A stretch of DNA of 64,000 nt, taken from NCBI GenBank assembly GCA_017399265.1, contig JAFQDL010000006.1:4666-68665 (forward strand), written 5' to 3'. Made by a program: the position numbers and the translations under genes. This DNA comes from Clostridia bacterium. GTDB taxonomy: Bacteria > Bacillota > Clostridia > Christensenellales > UBA1242. A model generated the notes under the pieces. The model had not been told where the DNA came from, did not search any database, and saw nothing but the letters and a program-made list of their open reading frames with translations. This document shows, piece after piece, positions 18,998 through 29,220 of the stretch (its first letter is position 1; every line of letters begins with the position of its first letter).

Positions 18998-19030
18998 ATA
19001 AACTGTAGCTTAAAAGCTGCAGTTTTTTTG
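18998..19030 (+). terminator. Rho-independent terminator
   Basis: The stem aaactgtagc/gctgcagttt (one G-U pair) is followed by a T7 run. Confidence 0.7.
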
Positions 19031-19239
19031 TTGTTTAAACACCAACAAATGAGATAAAAATTTAGTCTTGAAATATTATTATTACTATGTTATAATGTAG
19101 AGTAGTATAATAGGGAGTTTTTTTATGAGCAAGTATAAAGAATTACCTTTTTGCCATAGTTAAAAAACATAGATATTTAATTGATTTATTTTTTAATTTT
19201 TATTACACTTAATTGGAATTTGAATAAGAGGTTAGGAAT

Positions 19240-19917
19240 ATGAATAGAAAAGAATTAGCAAAATATATTGATCATACTAATTTAAAACCAACAGCAACTG
19301 AAAAAGATATCATTACTCTTTGTGAAGAGGCTAACGAGTATGGTTTTGCAAGCGTTTGTGTAAATCCTAGATATGTAGAAGTGGCAAAGCATCATCTTAA
19401 TGAAATGGAGAGCAAGGTAAAAGTTGCGTGTGTTATTGGTTTTCCATTAGGAGAGAATGCACAAGAAATGAAGGCTATGGAAGCGGTGTTTGCTGCTCAA
19501 GCGGGTGCTGATGAACTAGACATGGTTATTTCTATATCCGCAGTTAAGAATAAAGACTATGAATATGTGTACGAAGAAGTAAAAAGAGTTGTGGATTGTA
19601 CCAATATTCCAGTTAAGGCGATAATTGAGATATGTAAATTGACAGATGAAGAAATTGTTAAGGCTTGCGAAGTGTGTATGGATGCAGGAGTTAAATTTGT
19701 AAAAACCAGTACTGGATTTGCAGAAAGTGGGGCAACTCAAGAAGCAGTTAAATTAATGGCAGATACTGTTGCTGGAGTGTGCGAAGTAAAAGCAAGTGGT
19801 GGCATAAAGACGTTGGAGAATATGTATGACATGATTTGTGCAGGTGCTACAAGAATAGGCACAAGTTCTGGCGTTAGTATTATGAATGAGTTCGATTCTA
19901 AAAAAAGTAAGAATTAA
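19240..19917 (+). CDS. deoC: Deoxyribose-phosphate aldolase
   Basis: Motifs present: KYIDHTNLKP, the FASVCVNP block, and the Schiff-base region FVKTSTGF. Confidence 0.92.
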   Translation: MNRKELAKYIDHTNLKPTATEKDIITLCEEANEYGFASVCVNPRYVEVAKHHLNEMESKVKVACVIGFPLGENAQEMKAMEAVFAAQAGADELDMVISISAVKNKDYEYVYEEVKRVVDCTNIPVKAIIEICKLTDEEIVKACEVCMDAGVKFVKTSTGFAESGATQEAVKLMADTVAGVCEVKASGGIKTLENMYDMICAGATRIGTSSGVSIMNEFDSKKSKN

Positions 19918-20090
19918 AACATTTTTGGAAAGCTATTGTGGTTAAAAAAACTCTATATTGTCTAGAATTATTAAATATATTAGTTCTGGGCAATATTTTT
20001 TTCTAAAGTTGCAATATATTAAAACAAAATATTTGACGATAATTGGAAATTAGGGTATACTAATTAAGTTTATAAGAGGAGACTTTCGTA

Positions 20091-21425
20091 ATGAAAAAGA
20101 AAAGAGCAATTAAAAATTTTATAATTCTTGGTATATTGCTTGCTATTTGCTTTGTATTTAGTTTTGTTTCCTTTAGAATTCCTACAACTGTGGATAATTT
20201 TGCAGGTTTCGTAAATGGGATTTATAAAGGAATAGACTTTAATGGCGGATTAACTGCGACATATACAATAGAATATAATGACAACTTTAAAGGTGATATG
20301 GAGGCTGCTGTTGAGAAAGCATCTGATAGAGTAAAAAGCCTACTTAGCACAGAATTTACAGAATATAAGGTTGAGAAGATTGGAGAAGACAAAATAAGAA
20401 TTACTATTCCAAAACTTACTGAGACTACTACTATATCAACTAATTATTTGGTAAATTATATCACATTTACTACTACAGAAGTAACAGATGCGGAGAATTT
20501 TGAACCAACTCTTACTGGTGCACAAATAAAAGATGCTGCATTCTATACTGCAAATGGCGCATTTGGTGCTTTAATAGAGTTTACAGATGAAGGTAAAGAA
20601 GCATTGCGTGATATGGCTGAATCTATTCAGTCTTCTACATCTGCTAGTACACTATATATTTATCAAAACAAAGATTATTCTGCTACTTTACTTAGAGTAA
20701 GTGTAGATTATGCATCTTTAGATCAAATTGCTAATAGTGGGCAATTGTTTATTAGTGATAAAACTATTTTACCAACTAGAGATGCTGCAGAAGCATTTGC
20801 TGACAAAATTGCAAGTGGTATGCTTAATGTAGATATGAGTACAGAAGATTCTGTTATGGCAATTGAGCCAATGTACGGCGAATGTGCTGTTGTATTTGCA
20901 ATGTTTATGGTTGTAGCATTAATCTTAGGTGGAATATTATACTTTATTGTTAAGTATAGACATCTAGCTATTGCGCCAATTATGTCATTCTTATCATTTG
21001 TAGCAATGTCTGTGATATTGTTACCAATCTTTAGCAAAGTGCAAATGTCAATTGCTGGTATGTATGGTTTAGTTATTGCCATTGCTGTTACATTATTTGG
21101 ACATGTTGTATATTTAGAGAAATCTAGGGAAGAGTTTGCTAGTGGTAATAAACTACTTGCTAGTTTCAAGAGGGCTTATCCTAGAAGTGTAATTTTTAAT
21201 GTTGATTTGCATGCAGTGTTGTTCATTGTATCTATTTTGACTACATTAGTATCATTTGGTGCACTAAAGACTATTTCTGCAGTTGTTGCATTATTACTTG
21301 TTCCTAGTGCTTTATCTACAATGCTTATTCATAGAGGAATGGTAAAATGGTATTTGGATTACAATCCAACAAAATATAAGAAATTTAAATTTGAAAAAGG
21401 AGTGACTGAAGATGAAAAAGAATAA
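20091..21425 (+). CDS. secD: Protein translocase subunit SecD
   Basis: An N-terminal TM helix is followed by a periplasmic-type domain (GIDFNGGL) and a C-terminal 5-TM bundle. It overlaps secF. Confidence 0.8.
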   Translation: MKKKRAIKNFIILGILLAICFVFSFVSFRIPTTVDNFAGFVNGIYKGIDFNGGLTATYTIEYNDNFKGDMEAAVEKASDRVKSLLSTEFTEYKVEKIGEDKIRITIPKLTETTTISTNYLVNYITFTTTEVTDAENFEPTLTGAQIKDAAFYTANGAFGALIEFTDEGKEALRDMAESIQSSTSASTLYIYQNKDYSATLLRVSVDYASLDQIANSGQLFISDKTILPTRDAAEAFADKIASGMLNVDMSTEDSVMAIEPMYGECAVVFAMFMVVALILGGILYFIVKYRHLAIAPIMSFLSFVAMSVILLPIFSKVQMSIAGMYGLVIAIAVTLFGHVVYLEKSREEFASGNKLLASFKRAYPRSVIFNVDLHAVLFIVSILTTLVSFGALKTISAVVALLLVPSALSTMLIHRGMVKWYLDYNPTKYKKFKFEKGVTEDEKE

Positions 21426-22470
21426 GAGTTGTTCCTTGTCTAAAAAAATTGAGAATTTGTTTTCAATTGACTATAAGAAAAATGCAAAGTTTTTAATCTT
21501 AATTCCAGTTATTCTTATCGCATTGTCAGTAATTATTACTTATTTCTTTGGCCTTAATTATGCAACTGAATTAAGAAGTAAGTATGAATTTACCGTTGAT
21601 TTTGGTAAGCAAATGGTGGAAGAAGATATTGAAACATACAAAACAAAGATAGATTATGCTTTAGAAAATAATAGTTTAACTGCTGTAAAATATACTAAAT
21701 ATGGCGAAAGTCTATATACTGGTTTCGTGGTTACTATTTCTCCAGAGCATACATGCTTTGAAGAAGATCAACTAACAGAGATTAAAGAAAGTATTGAAGA
21801 ATATCTTCAAACTAATGTGGCGGACACGGTAGAAGTAAGTGATATAGAGTTGACAGTTAATACTATTTCTAGTTTTGTTTGGCGTGCTGTTTTAGCATTA
21901 GCTATTGCTGCAGTTGCTGTATTTATTTATATGTGGATTAGATTTAATCTAATGCATGCACTAACTGGGGTATTTGCTACTGTATTTAATGCGTTATTAG
22001 TATTTATTATTTATGCGTTATTTAGATTACCATTTGGATATGCTTCTTTAGCCGTTATGTTCTTTAGTGTTGTGCTTGGTCTAGTATTAGTAGTATATGC
22101 TGCGGACAAGATTAAGAATATGGAAGTGGCTGGCGAAAAATTAACCAATAACGAATATGTGAAGAGGGTTAATGTGTCAATTACAAATGGTTTGATTTGT
22201 CCTATAGTAGTTATATTAGCAATTGTAATGATTATGGCTATTGTTCTACTATTTGTAAATGCTTATGTTGCCTCAACTTTATTTGCATTACTTTTAGGTG
22301 CATTAGTTGCTATGTATTCAGCTATGATTGCTGCTAATTCATTCTGGACTGTGATTTATAATATAGATAAAGATAATAGATTGAGAGCAAGGATAGATAG
22401 ACAACAAAAGAGAACTGAAAAGAAAGCTGCTAAAAAAGAAAAAGTAGAAGAAGACAAGGTTGTTGTGTAA
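21412..22470 (+). CDS. secF: Protein translocase subunit SecF
   Basis: The architecture is one TM helix, a loop, then a 5-TM bundle, with a lysine-rich C-terminal tail. It overlaps secD by 14 nt. Confidence 0.8.
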   Translation: MKKNKSCSLSKKIENLFSIDYKKNAKFLILIPVILIALSVIITYFFGLNYATELRSKYEFTVDFGKQMVEEDIETYKTKIDYALENNSLTAVKYTKYGESLYTGFVVTISPEHTCFEEDQLTEIKESIEEYLQTNVADTVEVSDIELTVNTISSFVWRAVLALAIAAVAVFIYMWIRFNLMHALTGVFATVFNALLVFIIYALFRLPFGYASLAVMFFSVVLGLVLVVYAADKIKNMEVAGEKLTNNEYVKRVNVSITNGLICPIVVILAIVMIMAIVLLFVNAYVASTLFALLLGALVAMYSAMIAANSFWTVIYNIDKDNRLRARIDRQQKRTEKKAAKKEKVEEDKVVV

Positions 22471-22478
22471 CAAAATCT

Positions 22479-22511
22479 AATAGAGTGGAGTTTTGCCACT
22501 CTATTTTTTTG
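22479..22511 (+). terminator. Rho-independent terminator after secF
   Basis: The stem tagagtgg/ccactcta is followed by a T-run. Confidence 0.7.
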
Positions 22512-22720
22512 TTATTTAATTAAGTATTAATAATAAATTACTTTTATATATTTGATTTTTGTAGTATAATTATATTGAGAAATATAAAGGATAATACGCT
22601 TTTAACGATTTATCTAATAGATAATATATATATTATCTAAAAATGTAATAGTTTATTACATATCTTTAAAATTGAATATTGAACCATAGTACAATCGTTA
22701 GAAGTATTGGGCTTTTTACT

Positions 22721-25108
22721 ATGATTATTAAAAGAAAAAATACAGAAAAGTTTGAACTAAACAAACTTAGTAAGTTAGCAAGATACTTTAAATTAGACAT
22801 TAATATAATTAAACTCATTTTTATGCGTGGGTTTAAAACGAAAGAAGAAATAGAGAATTTTTTAAATCCTCCAATAACTAGCTTCCATGATCCATATCTT
22901 CTAAACAATATGAAAGAAGTTGTGTCAAGAGTCAAAGAGGCTATTGAAAAAAAGAAACGAATAACAATCTTAGGTGATTATGATACTGATGGCATAAGTG
23001 CTACTGCAATTATGTATAAGTTTTTTGCGTCTAAAGGATTGATTGTAAATACATTTCTACCAAATAGAATTGCAGATGGATACGGGTTGTCTAGAGAAAC
23101 TATTGATAAAGTAAAGAAATCTTATAGGCCTGATCTAATACTAACTGTAGATTGTGGTATTTCTGCGCATGACGAGATAGAATATGCTAAATCTCTAGGG
23201 ATAGAAGTAATAGTTACCGATCACCATGATGTGCCAGAGATAGTTCCGGAATGTTTGATAATAAACGCAAAAATGCCAAATCAAAAGTATCCATTTACAG
23301 AACTTTGTGGCGCAGGAGTGGCGTTAAAACTAGTACAAGCTATAGATGGTGTAGACAACTCTTTGAAATACTTGACTATTGCATCATTGGCAACAGTTGC
23401 TGATATCGTACCATTAGTAGATGAAAATAGATTAATAACATATCACGGATTAAAACGTCAAAAAGAGGATATGCCTATTGGACTTCAAAAATTAATCAAA
23501 AAACTAAAGTTAGAGACCCCGCTAGCATCTTCTGATATATCTTTTAAGTTGGCTCCAAAAATAAATGCAACTGGTAGAATGGGTAAGCCTAATATTGCAT
23601 TTAATCTATATATTATGGAAGACATAAGAGATATTAACAACAATATAGAGATACTACTAGAATTAAATGATAAAAGAGTGAATGAGACTAATAATATTGT
23701 AGAAGAAGCAGTTGCAATGATAGATAAGGTTGATGTATGTGATCAGGGCATAATCATTGCAAAGAATGAGACTTGGGAAAGTGGTGTGTTAGGTATCATT
23801 TGCTCAAAATTAGTAGATATGTATAATAGGCCTGCTTGCGTCCTTTCTATGATAGATGGAGAATTAAAGGGTAGTATTAGAAGTATTCCTAGTATTAATA
23901 TCTATGAGGCATTAACTAATGTCAAAGACTACTTAGTACAATATGGTGGGCATAATCAGGCGGCAGGAGTCACTATTAAGCCAGAGAATTTTGATATGTT
24001 TTGTAAAAAGATTAATGAGTATATCTTATCTACTCATACACAAAATGACTATTTAATAGAGAAAAAATATGATTTAGATATGTCAAAAGTTAACTTGACA
24101 GATAAGTTCATATCTCAATTAAAAGTTTTGGAACCATATGGGTTAATGAACGAAAAACCATTGTTTAAAATTATATTTAACAATGCTGTTGTAACTCCAA
24201 TGTCCAAGTATCCTAATCATATAAAGACTAAAGTAAATGGACTGGAATTGGTAGGCTTTAATCTAGGGGAATATATATACAACTTTAATACTAATTCTAA
24301 CAAAGAAGTTATAGTAGAAGTTGGTCTAGATAGGTATGCGGGTAAGGAAAGGCCAAAGGGAATTATTAAATATATATCTTTTTCCAAGTTGAATACGACC
24401 GTAAAGACAGAAATTGTAAATGGCTTGTATCTTAATCAATTAAAATATATTGATGTTCAAAACCAAACAGATAGAAATGCTGTTGTAATGAATGATGCGG
24501 AGTTGTATAGTTATTTTAAAACAAACAATCAAAGCAATAAGTTTGGAACATTGGTTATCTCTAATTCAATAGACTCTTACAATAATTTTATTAATGCAGT
24601 GCCTGAAATTAAAAATTTTGAACTATATAATATTAATAACAAAACAGGTATCAATACTATAATTTTTGCACCATTTGATAATTTGAATTTGGTGAATTAT
24701 AAAAATATTATTTTATTAGACGCTCCAATACATGCCGGATATATTAATCATTTATTAAACTTAGGCAAAAATGTAATACTTAGAAATGTCAATTTTGACA
24801 AGTCTGTGTTAAAAAATATTGATTCTTCTAGGGCAGTGTTTGGGAAATATCATAATATTATAAAAGGTAGTATTAAAAACAATAAAGATAATCTAGATAT
24901 ACTTTCCTTTTATAATAAATTAAAGAAATTAAATCCACATTTTTCTAGTTCTAAATTTAATGAATTTATGTTTGTAATATTGGTGTTAGAACAATTAGGT
25001 ATATGTAAAATATGTGGTGGAGATATTGAGTTTACTGATATCAAATCCAATCTTAAAGACTCAAGTATTTACAATTTTATAAATTTATTACTTAATACGA
25101 TGAGGTAA
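22721..25108 (+). CDS. recJ: Single-stranded-DNA-specific exonuclease RecJ
   Basis: DHH motifs are present (ILGDYDTDGISA, TVDCG, VTDHHD), as is the DHHA1 motif GGHNQAAG. I prefer the start at MIIKRKN over the longer track ORF. Confidence 0.9.
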   Translation: MIIKRKNTEKFELNKLSKLARYFKLDINIIKLIFMRGFKTKEEIENFLNPPITSFHDPYLLNNMKEVVSRVKEAIEKKKRITILGDYDTDGISATAIMYKFFASKGLIVNTFLPNRIADGYGLSRETIDKVKKSYRPDLILTVDCGISAHDEIEYAKSLGIEVIVTDHHDVPEIVPECLIINAKMPNQKYPFTELCGAGVALKLVQAIDGVDNSLKYLTIASLATVADIVPLVDENRLITYHGLKRQKEDMPIGLQKLIKKLKLETPLASSDISFKLAPKINATGRMGKPNIAFNLYIMEDIRDINNNIEILLELNDKRVNETNNIVEEAVAMIDKVDVCDQGIIIAKNETWESGVLGIICSKLVDMYNRPACVLSMIDGELKGSIRSIPSINIYEALTNVKDYLVQYGGHNQAAGVTIKPENFDMFCKKINEYILSTHTQNDYLIEKKYDLDMSKVNLTDKFISQLKVLEPYGLMNEKPLFKIIFNNAVVTPMSKYPNHIKTKVNGLELVGFNLGEYIYNFNTNSNKEVIVEVGLDRYAGKERPKGIIKYISFSKLNTTVKTEIVNGLYLNQLKYIDVQNQTDRNAVVMNDAELYSYFKTNNQSNKFGTLVISNSIDSYNNFINAVPEIKNFELYNINNKTGINTIIFAPFDNLNLVNYKNIILLDAPIHAGYINHLLNLGKNVILRNVNFDKSVLKNIDSSRAVFGKYHNIIKGSIKNNKDNLDILSFYNKLKKLNPHFSSSKFNEFMFVILVLEQLGICKICGGDIEFTDIKSNLKDSSIYNFINLLLNTMR

Positions 25109-25110
25109 TT

Positions 25111-27306
25111 ATGATAGAGAACTTTTTGATAAAAATTAAGAAAAATTATACTCTTGAACAAAATCAACAAGTAATAGAGATTTTAAACACTTTGAAGAGA
25201 ATAAATATTCAAAATAGTGTATACAATATAGATTTTGCAGTGGGTTTAGCAAATGATATTATGGATAATAAATTGGATTACAAATCGGTAATAGTTGGAC
25301 TATATTATCCGTTAATAGCTAATAATTTGTTGGATAATTTGCTAGATGTAGATGACGAAGTCTATTCTATGATAAAGGCGCTTACTAATATCGAGAATTT
25401 GAATTTGTCAACAAAACAAGACCAACTTGATAGTGTTAAAAACATGTTCATAGCTATTGCAAAAGATATACGTGTAATTATTATTAAGCTATGTATTGAA
25501 CAGCAAAAACTAAATTTTATTGATTTATATTCTCAAGAAGAAGTTGAAGAAATATATAGAGGTTATAGCGATCTTTATGCTCCGATTGCTGCAATGCTAG
25601 GTCTTAGTCAAATTAAAAACAAATTAGAAAATGCTACTTTTAAGTATTACAAGCCAAATTTCTATGAAGAATTGCGTGAGGCTTTAAGTGTATACGTAGA
25701 TGAGAGAAATGAGGCTATAAATCAAGTTATTGAGAGAATTCATAACGAAATAAAACCTATAGTTAAAGAATGTCAGGTGTATGGTAGACAAAAACAACTT
25801 CATAGTATTGCTAAAAAACTACAAAGAAAAAATATGGGTGTTAGCAACCTTATGGACGTCTATGGTAGAAAGAATAATATAGAAGAGTTTACGCAAGGTC
25901 GTTCATTTAATGAGATTACATTGTCTAATATTCTAGATGTTCTGGCAGTAAGGGTAATAGTAACGACTGTTGATGAGTGTTATGCAGTGCTTGGAAAGAT
26001 ATTTTCCATATTCAAACCATTTGGTAATTTCAAAGATTATATTGCTAACCCAAAGGCTAATGGTTATCAATCTTTGCATACTGCAATCATTCTAGATAAT
26101 GGTGATCCTGTAGAAGTGCAAATCAGAACATTTGATATGCATAATTATGCAGAATATGGTTTCGCTGCACACTGGGCATACAAGGCAAACAAGAAAGTTA
26201 CAGAGAGTGACGTTAAGATTAATTATATTCGTTCTATATTAGAGATGTATAAGGAAAAATCTAGCGATGAACTTCTAGATACTCTAAAGACTGATGTGTA
26301 TTTAGGAAAAATCTTCGTGCAAACTCCACTAGGCAAAATTATTGAAATGCCAGAAGGGGCAACGCCAATAGATTTTGCTTATGCTATTCATTCAAAAATA
26401 GGTAATACATGTGTGGGTGCAAAGATAAATGGCAAGATCTTCCCATTATCCACAATGCTTTCCAATGGCGATGTGGTTGAGATTATTACCAATCCTAATG
26501 CTAAAGGCCCATCTAGAGACTGGATAAAGATATGTAAGACAAGTGGTGCTAAGTCTAAAATTAGAGCATTTTTCAAAAAGGAAATGAAAGATGAGAATAT
26601 AAAGAAAGGTAAATCTATATTAGAAGCTCAAAGTAAGGTAAAGGGATATTCTTTATCTAAGTTCTTAACAGAAAAATATCTGACTGAAGTGTTTGATAGA
26701 TATTCATTTAGCAATCTTGAGGATATGTATGCATCAATTGGATATGGTGGAATTACTGCTACTCAGGTTCTTAACAAACTAAATGCTTTGTATCGTGCTG
26801 ATCATAAAGATGAGATTGCTGCAGCTAACAATAGTGGAGCGGTAGTAAATAAAAGACAAGCACAAGACGGTCAAGTAATAGTTAGAGGCTATACAACACT
26901 TATGACTAAACTTGCTAAGTGTTGTTCTCCAATACCTGGGGATAAAATCGTAGGTTATGTGTCTAGAGGCAAAGGTGTGACCATACATAGAGCGGATTGT
27001 CACACTATTGAAGATTATGAATTTGAAAGATTGATAGAGTGTGATTGGAAGAATTCATCTAGTGGTAATTCGTTTATTGGTTCAATCGACTTAATAACAC
27101 AAGCTACTAATACAGTACTTGGAGATGTAACAAAGAAAATAAATGATAATAGGCTTGAAATTGTATCAATTACAACTAAGCCAATCAAAGATCACAAGAA
27201 TTTGATGACTATGTCTTTAAGAGTGTCTTCAAAGGATCAATTAGATGATATTATTAACAAGTTAAAGAATGTACCGAACGTGGTAGATGTATTTAGGAAT
27301 AATTAA
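25111..27306 (+). CDS. relA: Long RelA/SpoT-homolog (p)ppGpp synthetase with degenerate hydrolase domain
   Basis: The synthetase core is intact (YGRQKQLHSIAKK, DVLAVRVIV, GYQSLHT, EVQIRT, AHWAYK). TGS (IFVQTPLGKIIEMPEGATPIDFAY) and C-terminal ACT-like domains are present. The N-terminal HD region lacks the HP/HD/DRLHN residues. Confidence 0.9.
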   Translation: MIENFLIKIKKNYTLEQNQQVIEILNTLKRINIQNSVYNIDFAVGLANDIMDNKLDYKSVIVGLYYPLIANNLLDNLLDVDDEVYSMIKALTNIENLNLSTKQDQLDSVKNMFIAIAKDIRVIIIKLCIEQQKLNFIDLYSQEEVEEIYRGYSDLYAPIAAMLGLSQIKNKLENATFKYYKPNFYEELREALSVYVDERNEAINQVIERIHNEIKPIVKECQVYGRQKQLHSIAKKLQRKNMGVSNLMDVYGRKNNIEEFTQGRSFNEITLSNILDVLAVRVIVTTVDECYAVLGKIFSIFKPFGNFKDYIANPKANGYQSLHTAIILDNGDPVEVQIRTFDMHNYAEYGFAAHWAYKANKKVTESDVKINYIRSILEMYKEKSSDELLDTLKTDVYLGKIFVQTPLGKIIEMPEGATPIDFAYAIHSKIGNTCVGAKINGKIFPLSTMLSNGDVVEIITNPNAKGPSRDWIKICKTSGAKSKIRAFFKKEMKDENIKKGKSILEAQSKVKGYSLSKFLTEKYLTEVFDRYSFSNLEDMYASIGYGGITATQVLNKLNALYRADHKDEIAAANNSGAVVNKRQAQDGQVIVRGYTTLMTKLAKCCSPIPGDKIVGYVSRGKGVTIHRADCHTIEDYEFERLIECDWKNSSSGNSFIGSIDLITQATNTVLGDVTKKINDNRLEIVSITTKPIKDHKNLMTMSLRVSSKDQLDDIINKLKNVPNVVDVFRNN

Positions 27307-28712
27307 TGAAAATAAGTACAAATATTGAAAATATTAATGAGGAATTAATTTTAATACTTAATCTTTTTAGTGGGCGTATATCAAAGCGATTGGATCGCAA
27401 AGAGGTGTATGTAGATGTTTTTGTCCAAGATGGTGTTATTGATATAAATTTATCGGTTGATGGAAAAATTGCTTTAAGTAGAAAATATCATTACGAATTG
27501 GACAAAAATGAAAAGGTGAGTAAGTATGAAAAACGTTTTGCAAAAATTGCTCTTTATGAATATTTGTCCAAGGTGACTAAGTACAAAGCACCATGGGGAA
27601 GTTTGACAGGCATTAGGCCTACTAAGCTATATTACGAGATATTAAAGAAGACTAATAATATTGCTACAGCAATTGACATATTAAAAAATGAGTATTTAGT
27701 GTCGGAGAATAAAATTCAGCAAGTCTTGGATATTGCTAAATCTCAATCTGTAGTAAAAGTAGATCATAATACGATTGACCTATATATTAACATTCCTTTT
27801 TGCGTAAGTAAGTGTTACTATTGTTCTTTTATATCCATGCCACTTGATAAATGTAAGAATTTAGTAGAACCATATGTAGCAGCATTAGAAAAAGACGTTA
27901 GAAAAACATTGGAGTACATTAAACAATCTGGTTTACAATTAAACACAGTATATGTAGGTGGCGGAACTCCTACCTCTATTGGAGTTGAAAATTTGGAACG
28001 AGTATTAAAAATTCTTCCTAGAGATATTAAAGAGTTAACAGTAGAGGCGGGAAGGCCAGACTCTATAAGCAAAGAGATGTTTGATATGTTTGAGAAATAT
28101 AATGTACATAGAATTTCTATCAATCCGCAAACTTTTAATGATAAGACTTTGGAGCTTATTGGGAGAAAACATACTGCAGAGGAAGTTGTCGAAGCGTACA
28201 GCCTTGCCAGAAAATATAGATTTCAGATTAATATGGATCTAATTGCCGGGCTTGGTAAGGAAAAATTTGCTGACTTTAAAAAGACTATGGAAAGAACTCT
28301 TTCTCTAAATCCAGACAATATTACTGTCCATACATTGTCTATTAAAAGGGCTAGTACGTTAAAAGATGGCGGAGAAACGTCGGAGATCAAACAAGTACAA
28401 AAAATGGTTGCGTATGCCAACAAAATGATGAATAAATTTGGATACAAACCGTATTATCTCTACAGGCAAAAGAATATGCTAGGCAACTTAGAAAATATTG
28501 GATATGCCAAAGATGGTAAAATATGCGAGTTTAATATCAATAGCATGGAAGAAACTCTGTCGGTTATTGCATGTGGTGCTAACGCTATAAGCAAAAGAAT
28601 ATTCTATGATACTAATTGTATTGAAAGACACGCCAATGTTAAAAATATTGAACAGTATATTGATAGAATTGACGAAATGATTGAGAAAAAGTTTGAACTT
28701 TTTAGTAAATAA
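27306..28712 (+). CDS. Radical SAM protein of the oxygen-independent coproporphyrinogen oxidase family (HemZ-like)
   Basis: The CxxxCxxC cluster CVSKCYYCSF and the motif VYVGGGTPT are present. An N-terminal extension of about 150 aa is typical of HemZ-type proteins. Confidence 0.7.
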   Translation: MKISTNIENINEELILILNLFSGRISKRLDRKEVYVDVFVQDGVIDINLSVDGKIALSRKYHYELDKNEKVSKYEKRFAKIALYEYLSKVTKYKAPWGSLTGIRPTKLYYEILKKTNNIATAIDILKNEYLVSENKIQQVLDIAKSQSVVKVDHNTIDLYINIPFCVSKCYYCSFISMPLDKCKNLVEPYVAALEKDVRKTLEYIKQSGLQLNTVYVGGGTPTSIGVENLERVLKILPRDIKELTVEAGRPDSISKEMFDMFEKYNVHRISINPQTFNDKTLELIGRKHTAEEVVEAYSLARKYRFQINMDLIAGLGKEKFADFKKTMERTLSLNPDNITVHTLSIKRASTLKDGGETSEIKQVQKMVAYANKMMNKFGYKPYYLYRQKNMLGNLENIGYAKDGKICEFNINSMEETLSVIACGANAISKRIFYDTNCIERHANVKNIEQYIDRIDEMIEKKFELFSK

Positions 28713-28871
28713 CAAAAAATTAGAAAAATAACATACTTTTTTTGAAAATTGTCTTTACATTTGATATTAAATTGTGTTATATTATACACGACCTTTTGCT
28801 AAGTTTATGGAAAATCCTACCAACCATATGCTTGGTTTTAGGCTAATGAAATAAATATGGAGGAAATAAAA

Positions 28872-29135
28872 ATGATAAGTAAAGAGAAAAAACAAAGCAT
28901 CATTAAAGAATATGCTAGACAAGAAGGCGATACTGGTTCTTGTGAAGTTCAAATCGCTGTTCTATCAGCTAGAATTTCTGAATTAACTGAACACTTGAAA
29001 GTTAATAGAAATGATGAACATTCTCGTCGTGGCTTAATTAAATTAGTTAGCAGAAGAAAGAAATTAATTAAGTACATGGAAAGAGTTGACCTTGAAGGCG
29101 CTAGAGCATTAAAGGCAAAATTAGGAATTAGATAA
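28872..29135 (+). CDS. rpsO: 30S ribosomal protein S15
   Basis: The sequence [44 protein letters not shown] is canonical S15. I prefer the start at MISKEKK. Confidence 0.95.
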   Translation: MISKEKKQSIIKEYARQEGDTGSCEVQIAVLSARISELTEHLKVNRNDEHSRRGLIKLVSRRKKLIKYMERVDLEGARALKAKLGIR

Positions 29136-29144
29136 TAATTTTTT

Positions 29145-29206
29145 TAAGACGGATTTTTGTCATGTACTAAAATATTTGTGCAAGACAATTTCCGTCTTAA
29201 TTTTTA
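29145..29206 (+). terminator. rpsO terminator / pnp leader hairpin
   Basis: A long hairpin (taagacgga...tccgtctta with inner ttgtc/gacaa) is followed by attttt. It occupies the classical rpsO-pnp intergenic position. Confidence 0.7.
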
Positions 29207-29220
29207 GTTAAGGAGACAAA

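Noticed and set aside
19125-19163. 12-codon mini-ORF (MSKYKELPFCHS) in the deoC leader, which is about 140 nt long. I considered it as a possible leader peptide or attenuator.
   Set aside because: I found no alternative terminator/antiterminator pairing around it, and its codon content is not informative for deoxyribose metabolism. It is most likely fortuitous.
20723-21169. 148-aa minus-strand ORF inside secD. Similar antisense ORFs occur inside ppdK, nifJ, the T4CP gene (7089-7367, 8095-8820), relA, pnp, tig, clpP, sigG and others.
   Set aside because: All are embedded in genes with clear family motifs on the other strand. They lack ribosome-binding sites and have shadow-frame composition.
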